Below, piece by piece: positions 9,821 to 19,109 of a DNA stretch of 64,000 bases (its first letter is position 1; the number at the start of each line of letters is the position of its first letter). The position numbers were made by a program, and so were the translations under genes. The DNA is from an uncultured delta proteobacterium (GTDB taxonomy: Bacteria; Desulfobacterota; Syntrophia; Syntrophales; UBA2192). The notes beneath the pieces are model-generated. The model had not been told where the DNA came from and did no database searches. It saw only the letters and a list, made by a program, of their open reading frames with translations. The DNA lies in contig CAVPJD010000016.1 in assembly GCA_963705165.1 (NCBI GenBank), forward strand, positions 1-64,000. The letters run 5' to 3'.

Positions 9821-9837
9821 ACGCAACTGATTTGCAA
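9821..9837. promoter_or_regulatory. Candidate Zur operator
   Basis: ACGCAAC-TGA-TTTGCAA, 3 mismatches to the recalled Desulfovibrio Zur consensus ATGCAAC-N3-GTTGCAT, about 24 nt upstream of zur. Confidence 0.6.
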
Positions 9838-9918
9838 ATGCTTTTCCGCGATGACCCTGTCGCTGCGCTTGCACGGCCCGTTGAATTGCGTTATGGGTAT
9901 GCAGGGTGAAACCTATCC

Positions 9919-10629
9919 ATGGAAATGTTTGACCAGTTAATCGGGCAGTTCGAATTCTATCTCGGGCAATCCCTTCTGCTTGCCTATGGTGCGGCATACC
10001 TGGCTGGCGTCCTTGTCAGCTTCACCCCCTGCATTTATCCTGTCGTTCCCATCACGGCAGCCGTCATCGTCGGACAGGGGGACGTATCCGCAGCCAGGGG
10101 CTTTGTGCTGTCGCTGTTCTTTGTCCTGGGCCTTGCGTTGACCTACACGGCACTCGGGGTCTTCGCGGCCTTGACAGGCAAGCTCTTCGGGACGATACAA
10201 ACGAGCCCTCTGACCCTGGGAGTTCTGGGAGGGCTTTTCATCCTCATGGGGCTTGCCATGCTGGATGTATTTCAATTGTCCCTGGAACGATACGCGCCCC
10301 GGGGACTGACAGGCGGAAATCGCAAAGGCATCTTCGGGAGTTTCATGATCGGGCTGACGTCGGGCTTCATCCTGGGCCCCTGCACGGCGCCCGTTCTGGC
10401 TGTCATCCTCGGAGTTGTGGCGGCCAGGCAGAGCGTATTCTTCGGTGGATCGCTGCTCTTCGTGTTCTCGCTCGGCGTAGGCTCGCTGCTCGTCCTCGTC
10501 GGCACGTTCGCGGGGATCCTTGCCAGCCTTCCGAAATCGGGTGCCTGGATGACCGGCGTAAAGAAGCTGTCCGGGATCGTGATGCTTGCCGCCGGCGCTT
10601 ATTTTCTGTACAATGCCTTCATTGCCTGA
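9919..10629 (+). CDS. ccdA: CcdA/DsbD transmembrane disulfide reductase
   Basis: SFTPCIYP and GPCTAPVL redox Cys motifs, LPKSGAWM. Confidence 0.9.
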   Translation: MEMFDQLIGQFEFYLGQSLLLAYGAAYLAGVLVSFTPCIYPVVPITAAVIVGQGDVSAARGFVLSLFFVLGLALTYTALGVFAALTGKLFGTIQTSPLTLGVLGGLFILMGLAMLDVFQLSLERYAPRGLTGGNRKGIFGSFMIGLTSGFILGPCTAPVLAVILGVVAARQSVFFGGSLLFVFSLGVGSLLVLVGTFAGILASLPKSGAWMTGVKKLSGIVMLAAGAYFLYNAFIA

Positions 10630-10647
10630 ACGAGAGGTTCTGAAACG

Positions 10648-11142
10648 ATGAACTGGAGACTGCCGTTCCTTCTGCTCTTCTGCTGCGCCTTTGCGTTCGC
10701 CTGCTCCATCGGCGAAGAACCCAAGAATGGCCCGCCGGCGAAGATCGCCGTCAATGCTGCGGGGCCGGATTTCACTCTCAAAGATTTAAAGGGGCAGGAG
10801 GTGAGTCTCGGCAGCTTCCGGGACCGTCCCGTCCTTCTCGTATTCGGAACGACGTGGTGTCCCTACTGCCGTGAGGAAATCCCGCGTATCAAGGAAATCT
10901 TTCAAAAGGGAAAGGAGAAGAAGCTGGAGGTTCTCAATATATTCATCAATGAGCCGGAGGCCAAGGTCTCCGCCTTCGCATCAAAACACAATCTTCCTTA
11001 TCCAGTCCTGCTCGATAAAGACGGACAGGTGGCCGAGCGCTACCAGGTCCGCGGAGTTCCCACGCTTGTCCTCCTGGACAGGCAGGGCAAGATCGTGTGC
11101 TATCAGTGCAGGGACCTGGATGCCATGCTCAAAGGCCTTTGA
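10648..11142 (+). CDS. TlpA/ResA-like thiol-disulfide oxidoreductase lipoprotein
   Basis: Lipobox-like AFAC, PDFTL, TWCPYCREE, VRGVPT. Confidence 0.9.
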   Translation: MNWRLPFLLLFCCAFAFACSIGEEPKNGPPAKIAVNAAGPDFTLKDLKGQEVSLGSFRDRPVLLVFGTTWCPYCREEIPRIKEIFQKGKEKKLEVLNIFINEPEAKVSAFASKHNLPYPVLLDKDGQVAERYQVRGVPTLVLLDRQGKIVCYQCRDLDAMLKGL

Positions 11143-11177
11143 GGTTCGAGGTACGAGGAGCGAGGTTCGAGGATCGA
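11141..11177 (+). repeat. Heptamer array (GAGGTTC-like)
   Basis: GAGGTTC GAGGTAC GAGGAGC GAGGTTC GAGGATC starting in the stop codon. Confidence 0.8.
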
Positions 11178-11346
11178 CAGGGAAGGGAGAACGGATGTCT
11201 GTCTTCCTGATTACCTTATCAACTTTTTAACAAGTCAACTCATCAACTAATTTCCCCATCCGCGATATCCCAATTCCTAATACCCAATTCAAGTTTCATT
11301 TTCTTAATTTCACTTGCTTTTCGCAGGTCGCTGCATTAAATTGCAA

Positions 11347-11363
11347 TTGAGAATCATTCTCAT
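11347..11363. promoter_or_regulatory. Fur box upstream of feoB
   Basis: Perfect palindrome TGAGAAT-C-ATTCTCA, 11 nt before feoB ATG; resembles deltaproteobacterial WTGAAAATNATTTTCAW. Confidence 0.85.
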
Positions 11364-11374
11364 ATTGTAGGGAA

Positions 11375-13354
11375 ATGAGTGTGCAGGACATCACAGCCGC
11401 GGCGATAACAGAAAACGGCGACGAGGAAAAGCGTCTCGTTCTGGTGGGTCATCCGAACGTGGGGAAAAGCAAAATCTTTTCTCTGCTGACAGGACAGTAT
11501 GTCATTGTGTCCAACTACCCGGGCACGACGGTGGAGATCCGTTCCGGGAAGGCCACTGAGCTGGACTACCATGTAGTCGACACGCCGGGGATCGGCGGTG
11601 TTGTGCCCCGCAGCGAGGAGGAGCTGGTTGCCCTCCAGACCCTCTTGACCGATCCTGTCGCGGCCATTCTGCAGGTCGGGGATGCCAAGAACCTCCGGAG
11701 GACACTCCTTTTGACGCTTGCTCTCATCGAGACGGGTCTGCCGCTCGTTCTGGATCTCAATATGGCCGACGAGGCCGAGAAGAAAGGGTACCGCGTCGAT
11801 AGGGCAAGGCTGTCCCGGAGTCTGGGTTTTCCCGTTGCCATGACGGTCGCCACGGAAGGCAGGGGCAAGAGAGAACTTTTGGATTCCCTGCGACGACCGG
11901 CGAGATCGCCGATACGAATCATCTACGATCCGCGTGTGGAAGCTGCGGCCCTGCAGATCGCGGATCACCTGCCGGATTATCGCATCTCCAAGAGGGCCAT
12001 CGCCCTGACGCTTCTGTCGGCGAATCCCTCCCTGGTGGATACCCTGCTGGGGGGGCGGGAAAAGGAATGCCGCGTCGTCAAGGAGATCATCGCCCGGACG
12101 CAGGGCGATGTTCTCGAGCCCCTTCAGCAGTTGATCATGAATGCCAGGACGGCCTGTGTCGAAAGGCTGATCCGCGAATGCCAGACGATGGCGAAAGGGC
12201 CGGGGTTCCGATCACGATTCGCCGGTTTCCTGGACCGGGTATCCATCCACCCGTTGTGGGGCGCGGTGATGCTGTTCGGCATCCTCTTTGTGATTTATGA
12301 ATTTGTGGGTGTCTTTGCCGCCGGCACGGTCGTCGACTTTTTCCAGGAAGTCATCTTCGGAGAGGTTCTTCTCCCGCCGATAGTCCAGCTCGTGTCCCAT
12401 CTCCCGTTCAGTGTCATGAGGGATTTCCTCGTGGGGCCCTACGGCCAGATCACCATGGGCATCACGCTGGCACTCGGCATCGTATTGCCGACCGTGACGG
12501 CCTTCTTTTTAGTGTTTTCCATCCTGGAAGATTCCGGCTATCTTCCCAGGCTGCAGGTGATGCTGAACCGCATTTTTTCTTTTGTCGGGCTCAACGGCAA
12601 GGCCGTCATACCGATCGTCCTGGGGTTCGGCTGCGGCACCATGGCTGTGATCGTGACGCGTATCCTGGAAACCAGGCGCGAACGGATTATCGCCACGCTG
12701 CTCCTGGCGCTCGGGATTCCCTGTGCCCCGCAGATGGGCCTCATTCTAGGCCTGTTTGCAAAGATCGGATTCATCCCCCTTGTTCTTTTCTTCGTCTTCC
12801 TCACGGTTCAGCTGGTCGCCGCCGGCTGGCTTGCCTCCAAGCTGTTTCCGGGGGAGACGACGGCTTTTGTCACGGAGCTGCCGCCCTATCGGCTCCCGCA
12901 GGTAAAAAACATCGCCAGCAAGACGGTCTATCGATCCTACTGGTTTATCCGGGAGGTCATCCCCTGGTTTCTCGTGGGGACGGCCATGCTCTTCCTGGCC
13001 GATCTTACGGGGGTGCTTCCGGAGCTCAAGAGGCTTCTGGAGCCGGTCGTCGTCGGTATGCTCGATCTGCCGGCACAGACCTCGGAAGGCTTCATCCTGG
13101 GATTTCTGCGAAGGGAATACGTGGCGGCGTATTTTTTTGACATGTACGGAAAGGGCCTGCTGGACAATCTCCAGGCTTTTGTCGCCACGATGGTGATGAC
13201 GCTGTTCATCCCCTGCACGGCAAGCACCTTTGTGATCATCAAGGAAAGAGGCATCGGCGTAGGCCTGGCCATCGTAGGATTTGTCACGTTCTATGCGATT
13301 GTTGCCGGAACGATCATCAACGTTGTGCTTCGGCTCCTGCACATCACGTTCTGA
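11375..13354 (+). CDS. feoB: Ferrous iron transport protein B
   Basis: GHPNVGKS, NYPGTTVE, DTPG, NMAD, LEDSGYLPR, GFGC, ELPPYRLP. Confidence 0.96.
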   Translation: MSVQDITAAAITENGDEEKRLVLVGHPNVGKSKIFSLLTGQYVIVSNYPGTTVEIRSGKATELDYHVVDTPGIGGVVPRSEEELVALQTLLTDPVAAILQVGDAKNLRRTLLLTLALIETGLPLVLDLNMADEAEKKGYRVDRARLSRSLGFPVAMTVATEGRGKRELLDSLRRPARSPIRIIYDPRVEAAALQIADHLPDYRISKRAIALTLLSANPSLVDTLLGGREKECRVVKEIIARTQGDVLEPLQQLIMNARTACVERLIRECQTMAKGPGFRSRFAGFLDRVSIHPLWGAVMLFGILFVIYEFVGVFAAGTVVDFFQEVIFGEVLLPPIVQLVSHLPFSVMRDFLVGPYGQITMGITLALGIVLPTVTAFFLVFSILEDSGYLPRLQVMLNRIFSFVGLNGKAVIPIVLGFGCGTMAVIVTRILETRRERIIATLLLALGIPCAPQMGLILGLFAKIGFIPLVLFFVFLTVQLVAAGWLASKLFPGETTAFVTELPPYRLPQVKNIASKTVYRSYWFIREVIPWFLVGTAMLFLADLTGVLPELKRLLEPVVVGMLDLPAQTSEGFILGFLRREYVAAYFFDMYGKGLLDNLQAFVATMVMTLFIPCTASTFVIIKERGIGVGLAIVGFVTFYAIVAGTIINVVLRLLHITF

Positions 13355-13365
13355 GAGGATGCGAA

Positions 13366-14100
13366 ATGGAAGAAACCTGCAAACCCTGCACTGCGGAAGA
13401 ACGGGAAGAGATTCTCGAGGAGATCTGGACAACCCTCGAGCTGGACAGAATCACACCCGAACCGGGGTCCCGCATAGGGATTGCAACGCTCGGAAACAGG
13501 CAGAGACTCTCCCCCCTCATTCAGGGGGGAGACATCCGCACCGAGGCTGACAAGGCCGTCCTGACAGAGCAGGGGTATCAGAAGGCAAAGGAGATCATGA
13601 GGAATCACCGGCTGGCGGAGAGACTTCTCCACGATGTCCTGAATCTCCAGAGCGAAGAGATGGAGCGTTCGGCCTGCCGTTACGAACATATGCTGGACAC
13701 GGAAGCGGCCGACTCCATCTGCATCCTGCTCGGCCACCCCAGGACCTGTCCCCATGGCAAAAGCATCCCGCCGGGGGAGTGCTGCGACGCCGGCGAGACA
13801 TCGCTGAGGCCCCTCGTGGTGCCCCTGACGGAACTCGATTCCGGGGAAGACGCGACGGTTGCCTACGTGGGAACCCGGGACAACGGGAGGCTTTCGTATC
13901 TCACGTCTCTTGGTGTGGTCACGGGGAGGCCCGTGCAGCTTGTGCAGAAAAGGCCTTCTTTCATCGTGAAGGTTGATGAGAATTCCGTGGCTTTCGATGA
14001 ATCCATCGCCAGGGAGATTTTTGTGAGACCCGCCTTGAGGAGACGATCGCGGGACAGAGGGGGGCATCGCTGGAGGCTGCGGTGGGGCGGCGGCAGGTGA
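13366..14100 (+). CDS. DtxR/MntR-family metal-dependent regulator fused to FeoA domain
   Basis: RNHRLAERLL, ACRYEH, LGHPRTCPHG.SIP, C-terminal FeoA-like SH3 (L.SLGV..G..V). Confidence 0.88.
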   Translation: MEETCKPCTAEEREEILEEIWTTLELDRITPEPGSRIGIATLGNRQRLSPLIQGGDIRTEADKAVLTEQGYQKAKEIMRNHRLAERLLHDVLNLQSEEMERSACRYEHMLDTEAADSICILLGHPRTCPHGKSIPPGECCDAGETSLRPLVVPLTELDSGEDATVAYVGTRDNGRLSYLTSLGVVTGRPVQLVQKRPSFIVKVDENSVAFDESIAREIFVRPALRRRSRDRGGHRWRLRWGGGR

Positions 14101-14151
14101 TCGGGAAACCGGACGACGGATAATGGATACGGTGAGAAGGTGAGAGGAGCC

Positions 14152-14550
14152 ATGGAACAATCGATCCGGTTGACAAAGCGCAGGAGTCTGGTCCTCGACA
14201 TTCTTCGAGAGCACGGCCATCTCGATGCCTACGAGCTCCTGGAGCTGGCCCGTCGGAAGGACTCCCGGATCAGTCTTGCGACGGTGTATCGTGCCCTGGC
14301 CTATTTCCGGCAGCGGGATGTGATCCGCGGGCGGACCTTTGGCGAAGGACACACCCATTTCGAAATCCACGACGCCGAAACGGGCAGCCATGCCCATTTT
14401 ATCTGCACGGGCTGCGGCAGGCTCCGGGAGATCACCGGCCGGTTCATGGGGGATCTGGAGCAGCTGGCAAAGAAAGAAAAATTCCGCATCTCCAGGGTCC
14501 ATCTCGACATGTTCGGGCTTTGCGAAGAGTGCGCTGTCAAGGAACCCTGA
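14152..14550 (+). CDS. fur: Fur-family transcriptional regulator
   Basis: SLATVYRAL, HAHFICTGCG, GLCEEC; AGGAG RBS (alternative GTG 14140). Confidence 0.88.
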   Translation: MEQSIRLTKRRSLVLDILREHGHLDAYELLELARRKDSRISLATVYRALAYFRQRDVIRGRTFGEGHTHFEIHDAETGSHAHFICTGCGRLREITGRFMGDLEQLAKKEKFRISRVHLDMFGLCEECAVKEP

Positions 14551-14575
14551 AAGGATTCCGGGAGGATGAGAAGAC

Positions 14576-15166
14576 ATGGCTCAGGCGAGACGATTTGACG
14601 AGGTGATGTGCCGGTACTTCAGAAAAGCCGGAAAGGGCAATACGAAGGATGTCCTCGAGGCGGCAGGAAAGCGCGCCCGCGAGCGCGGCATCGAAACGGT
14701 TCTTGTCCCGAGCGTAAGCGGCAGCACGGCGCTCGCCGCCGCAGAGGTACTTGGCGGGGGTGTGCGCATCATCGCCGTCACCCACGTGGCGGGGTTTGAA
14801 GGGCCCAATGTCCAGGAAATGGGCATGGGAAACCGGAAACGTCTCGAATCGGCAGGGGTGCGCATCTTCACAGGCCAGCACGCTTTCGGCGGCGTGGGGC
14901 GGGCGGTGCGGAACAAGCTGGGGACCTACCAGGTCGACGAAATCATGGCCTGGACCCTGCGGACCTTCGGGCAGGGGAGCAAGGTGGCCATTGAGATTGC
15001 GCTCATGGCGGCCGATGCCGGTCTCGTGCGAACCGATGAGGATGTCATCTCGATGGGCGGCACCTATGAGGGCGTGGACACGGCCCTTGTCATCCGTCCG
15101 GCCAACAGTTATTATTTCTTCGATCTGAAGGTGCGGGAAGTGATCTGCAAGCCGAGGGATTTCTGA
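14576..15166 (+). CDS. Pyruvate kinase C-terminal-like domain protein (COG1751-type conserved protein)
   Basis: YF..PG..NT-like start, SVSGSTA, VTHVAGF, LRTFGQG.KVAIEIALMAADAG, GGT..G.DTA. Confidence 0.8.
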   Translation: MAQARRFDEVMCRYFRKAGKGNTKDVLEAAGKRARERGIETVLVPSVSGSTALAAAEVLGGGVRIIAVTHVAGFEGPNVQEMGMGNRKRLESAGVRIFTGQHAFGGVGRAVRNKLGTYQVDEIMAWTLRTFGQGSKVAIEIALMAADAGLVRTDEDVISMGGTYEGVDTALVIRPANSYYFFDLKVREVICKPRDF

Positions 15167-15170
15167 ATCG

Positions 15171-15209
15171 AGGGTAGCGGGTACAGGGTCTAGGGTATCA
15201 GGGTCAAGG
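15171..15209 (+). repeat. Heptamer array (AGGGTNN)
   Basis: Five GGG tracts at about 7-nt spacing just after stop codon. Confidence 0.8.
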
Positions 15210-15236
15210 ACAAAGGAAAAAGAGGAGGAGAGAAGA

Positions 15237-16436
15237 ATGCTGTCGGAGAGACTGCTGGAGAGTTATGCCGAGGTGCTCATCTGGGGCCTGAATACGGCAA
15301 GAAAAAAAAAGATGAGGAAGGGCGAAATCGTAAGGGTCAGTTTCGACTATCCGGCCATCCGGCTGGCGGAGATCCTCCAGAAAAAACTGATCGAGAGGGG
15401 AATCAACCCCATCCTGCGGTCCGGGCTGACACCGGCCATGGAAAAGAATTTCTACGGTCTTTCGGACAAAAAGCAGCTCACCTTTCTTGCCCCCGGCGAC
15501 CGGGAGCTCTGCGAGCACATCAACGGCAGCATCTATCTCTACGCCCCGGCGTCGCTCACACACCTGCGGGAGGTGGATCCCAAGAGGATCGCCACGGCCA
15601 CCGTCGCCCGGAAAGTTCTAAAAGATATATTGGACCGGCGGGACAGTGAGGGGAGCTTCGGGTGGACCCTGTGCATGATGCCAACCGATGAGCTTGCCCG
15701 GCAGGCGAAGCTGACGACGGCGCAATACGAAAAACAGGTTGTCAGGGCCTGCTACCTCGATAGCGATGACCCTGTAGGGGAATGGGTGGGAATCTACCGG
15801 GCAGTGAGCGGAATCAAGAAATGGCTCAATGCGATGAAGGTTGCCTTCTACCACATCGAGGGGGAAAACGTGGATCTGAAGATCACCCCCGGCAAGCATC
15901 GCAAATGGGTGGGCATATCGGGACACAACGTCCCGAGCTTTGAGATCTTCCTCTCGCCGGACTGGAGGGGAACCGAGGGGCGTTACGTTGCCAACATGCC
16001 GTCCTTCCGGAGCGGCAATTACGTGGCAGGGGTCGTCCTGGATTTTCGAAAGGGAAGCGGCTCTGTCGTTCGGGCCGACGAGGGCGAAGAATTCACCAGG
16101 AAGCAACTCGCCATGGATGAGGGGGCAAGCCGGATCGGGGAGTTTTCGCTGACGGACCGGCGATTCTCCCGGATCGACCGTTTCATGGCCAATACCCTCT
16201 ACGACGAGAATTTCGGCGGGAAATACGGCAACTGCCACATTGCCTTCGGCTCATCCTACGCGGACACGTACTCGAAAAATCCGGCCGATCTCACACCGGC
16301 CATGAAAAAAGACCTGGGATTCAACGACTCGGCGCTGCACTGGGACCTTGTCAACACGGAGTCCAAGACCGTTACGGCACAACTGACATCGGGAAAAAGG
16401 GTGGTGGTTTACGACAACGGGGTGTTTAAATACTGA
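15237..16436 (+). CDS. M29 family aminopeptidase
   Basis: NVPSFEIF, GEFSL, LYDEN, HIAFG, NDSALHWD. Confidence 0.9.
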   Translation: MLSERLLESYAEVLIWGLNTARKKKMRKGEIVRVSFDYPAIRLAEILQKKLIERGINPILRSGLTPAMEKNFYGLSDKKQLTFLAPGDRELCEHINGSIYLYAPASLTHLREVDPKRIATATVARKVLKDILDRRDSEGSFGWTLCMMPTDELARQAKLTTAQYEKQVVRACYLDSDDPVGEWVGIYRAVSGIKKWLNAMKVAFYHIEGENVDLKITPGKHRKWVGISGHNVPSFEIFLSPDWRGTEGRYVANMPSFRSGNYVAGVVLDFRKGSGSVVRADEGEEFTRKQLAMDEGASRIGEFSLTDRRFSRIDRFMANTLYDENFGGKYGNCHIAFGSSYADTYSKNPADLTPAMKKDLGFNDSALHWDLVNTESKTVTAQLTSGKRVVVYDNGVFKY

Positions 16437-16437
16437 A

Positions 16438-16470
16438 AGGGTATAGGGTACAGGGTACAGGGTATAGGGT
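16438..16470 (+). repeat. Heptamer array (AGGGTAY)5
   Basis: AGGGTAT AGGGTAC AGGGTAC AGGGTAT AGGGT directly after stop. Confidence 0.9.
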
Positions 16471-16531
16471 TGGTATTGTAGTGGTACTACTTCCGAATGC
16501 GACGCCAAGCCTGAGCAGCTACAATGCGCTT

Positions 16532-16723
16532 CTATTCTTCGATTTCGATCGCCTCGACGGGGCAGGACTCGGCGGCTTCGCGGCAGGCGTCCTCGAGTTC
16601 CTCGGGGATGTCTTCGTCGAAACGGCAGACCGCGAGCTCATCCTGCATCTCGAAGACATCCGGGCAGATATCGGCACAGCTCTCACAGCCGATGCAGAAA
16701 TCCTCGATGACGTTGGCTTTCAT
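16532..16723 (-). CDS. Single-cluster [4Fe-4S] ferredoxin
   Basis: CIGCESCADICP...CPVEAI; AAGGAGG RBS before ATG 16723. Confidence 0.92.
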   Translation of the reverse strand: MKANVIEDFCIGCESCADICPDVFEMQDELAVCRFDEDIPEELEDACREAAESCPVEAIEIEE

Positions 16724-16846
16724 TTCCCCTCCTTTTTCCAACACCGAGTGGCTGACTCGAAGGCAGCCGCTGGAAAAGATCGAAAAAATGGGACGCGACG
16801 CTGTTTATGGATGATGTACCCTGGGAAAGTCAACTTTTTTTTTGCT

Positions 16847-16877
16847 GCCTGTAGGCTGTAGGCTGTCTGCTGTCGGC
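16847..16877. repeat. Short degenerate heptamer array (GGCTGTA) in divergent promoter region
   Basis: GCCTGTA GGCTGTA GGCTGTC TGCTGTC. Confidence 0.6.
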
Positions 16878-16999
16878 CCTTTTGAGGAATCCCCTTGACA
16901 GGGTGTACCAATCTGCCGATATTAGATGGAGTTTAATGTCCTGTGTGAATCAGTGCTCAAGAAACCTGAGCAAGTAAAGATTTTACAAAGGAGACAGAG

Positions 17000-17758
17000 A
17001 TGCTTGTCATTGAGGATCTTCAAGTAAAGCTGGGCGAGCGGGAGGTGCTTCGACACATCGACCTGCAGATCAACTCCGGCGAGACTCACATCCTTTTCGG
17101 GCCGAACGGGTCCGGGAAGACATCGCTTCTGATGACCATCATGGGCTATCCCCAGTACCGGGTGACGGCAGGGAAGATCTCGTTCAAGGGGGTCGATATC
17201 ACGAACTTGCCTATCAACGAGAGGGCAAAGCTCGGCATCGGCATGTCCTATCAACGCCCGCCGACGGTCCACGGTCTCAAGACAAAACAGATGGTTCAAA
17301 TCTGCAGCTCCGGCATGGACGTGGACATCGAGGGCATGGCAACGAGAATGAACTTAACGGACTTCCTCGAAAGGGACATCAACGCGGGCTTCTCGGGGGG
17401 TGAGATCAAGCGCTCGGAGCTGCTGCAGCTCATGGCGCAGAAGCCCGATCTGCTTCTGTTCGACGAGCCCGAATCGGGTGTCGACCTCGAGAATATCTCT
17501 CTCATCGGCAATACGATCAGCGAGCTTCTTCAGCGCGATGTCCATCCGTCGCCGGACAAGTCGCAGCGCCAGGTGCGCAGGGAGCGCACCCGGATGGGGC
17601 TCATCATCACCCACACGGGTTTCATCCTGGATTACGTCACCGCCGACAAGGGGCAGGTCCTTTTCAACGGAGTGTTGTCCTGCTCGAACAATCCTACGGA
17701 TATCTTCATGTGCATCAAGGAAATGGGATACGAGGAGTGTGTGAAATGCGCAATCTGA
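17000..17758 (+). CDS. sufC: SufC-like ABC ATPase (minimal SUF system)
   Basis: GPNGSGKT, GFSGGEIKRSE, DEPESGVD, ITHTG, C-terminal ECVKC. Confidence 0.9.
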   Translation: MLVIEDLQVKLGEREVLRHIDLQINSGETHILFGPNGSGKTSLLMTIMGYPQYRVTAGKISFKGVDITNLPINERAKLGIGMSYQRPPTVHGLKTKQMVQICSSGMDVDIEGMATRMNLTDFLERDINAGFSGGEIKRSELLQLMAQKPDLLLFDEPESGVDLENISLIGNTISELLQRDVHPSPDKSQRQVRRERTRMGLIITHTGFILDYVTADKGQVLFNGVLSCSNNPTDIFMCIKEMGYEECVKCAI

Positions 17759-18957
17759 GCGAAAGAGCCCAGGAGGCCAAAGATAAGAAAGCAGCTATCG
17801 GTCCCGATGTGGACCTGTCCAGCTTTACCGCAGAGCCGGTCCGGCACGATTACGTGGAGGATCTGAAGAGGATTCCCGAGACAGACCGCCTGAGAATGAT
17901 CCAGTCCGGGATCGACACCGCCGAGAGCAACAGATCGGGGACTTACATCCAGATGGACACGGCCGTTGTGCACTCCCACGCCAGGCAGGAGGGCCTCGAG
18001 GTGATTCCCATTAAAGAGGCCCTCAAGAAGTATGAATGGGCCAGGGAGTACTACTGGAAGCTCGTCTCCGTCGATGCCGACAAGTACACGGCGGCGGCGC
18101 AGCTTCATCTGCATGACGGATACGTCATCCGCGCCCTGCCCGGCGCGAAGGCGATCTGGCCCGTGCAGGCCTGTCTTTACCTGGACAAGGAAAACATCAG
18201 CCAGTATGTCCACAACCTGATCATCGCCGAGGAAGGCTCGGAGCTCCACGTCATCACCGGCTGCGCGACGTCGCCGAATCTCAAGCGTGGACTTCACGTC
18301 GGTATCTCCGAATTCTTCGTCAAGAAGAACGCCAAGCTGAGCTTTACGATGATTCACCACTGGGCAGAGGAGGTGATGGTGAGGCCCCGCTCCGTGGGCA
18401 TTGTCGAGGAGGGGGGACTTTTCCTGAACAACTACATCTGCATGAAGCCCGTAAAGAGCCTGCAGATGTACCCCACGACTCACCTCGTGGGCAAGGGTGC
18501 CGTAGCCCGCTTCTACAGCATTCTCGTCGGCTCCCCCGGCTCCGAGATGGACGTGGGCGGAAGGATCCTTCTCAAGGCCGAGAACACGAGGGCCGAGATC
18601 ATTGCGCGGGCCATCACCAACGGCGGGAAGATCATCAGTCGCGGCGACCTCGTCGGCGAGGTGGCCGGAATCAAGGCACACCTCGAGTGCAAGGGCATGA
18701 TTCTCAACGGCGGCATCATTCACGCCATCCCCGAACTCCAGGGAAAAGTGGACGGCGTCGAGATGTCCCACGAGGCAGCCGTGGGCAAGATCGCCCAGGA
18801 AGAGATCATGTACCTCATGTCTCGCGGGCTATCCGAGGAAGAGGCAACTTCCACGATCGTCCGGGGCTTCCTCAGCGTGGATATCCCGGGGCTGCCCCCG
18901 AAGCTCAAGGCTGAGATCGACCGGGCCATCGATATGAGCTCGAAGGATGTGATGTGA
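17746..18957 (+). CDS. sufB: SufB/SufD-family Fe-S scaffold (minimal SUF system)
   Basis: P.QACL, HVITGC, H.ECKG, SHEAAVGKIA.EEI.YLMSRGL; start MRNLSER. Confidence 0.9.
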   Translation: MRNLSERAQEAKDKKAAIGPDVDLSSFTAEPVRHDYVEDLKRIPETDRLRMIQSGIDTAESNRSGTYIQMDTAVVHSHARQEGLEVIPIKEALKKYEWAREYYWKLVSVDADKYTAAAQLHLHDGYVIRALPGAKAIWPVQACLYLDKENISQYVHNLIIAEEGSELHVITGCATSPNLKRGLHVGISEFFVKKNAKLSFTMIHHWAEEVMVRPRSVGIVEEGGLFLNNYICMKPVKSLQMYPTTHLVGKGAVARFYSILVGSPGSEMDVGGRILLKAENTRAEIIARAITNGGKIISRGDLVGEVAGIKAHLECKGMILNGGIIHAIPELQGKVDGVEMSHEAAVGKIAQEEIMYLMSRGLSEEEATSTIVRGFLSVDIPGLPPKLKAEIDRAIDMSSKDVM

Positions 18958-18981
18958 CGCGGCCACCCTGCGGGGGCCGCG

Positions 18982-19012
18982 AGGCAACAGGCTTCAGGCA
19001 ACAGGCATCAGG
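18982..19012 (+). repeat. Heptamer array (AGGCWWC)
   Basis: AGGCAAC AGGCTTC AGGCAAC AGGCATC AGG. Confidence 0.8.
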
Positions 19013-19017
19013 ATAAG

Positions 19018-19053
19018 AAAAGGATCGGGGATGGCTGTCTCCGATCCTTTTTT
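19018..19053 (+). terminator. Intrinsic terminator after sufB
   Basis: AAAAGGATCGG...CCGATCCTTTTTT. Confidence 0.85.
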
Positions 19054-19109
19054 CATGGCAGCCGCAACTGGAGATTGATTCCCGGGAGACTCTGGTGTAT
19101 GAGCGATCC

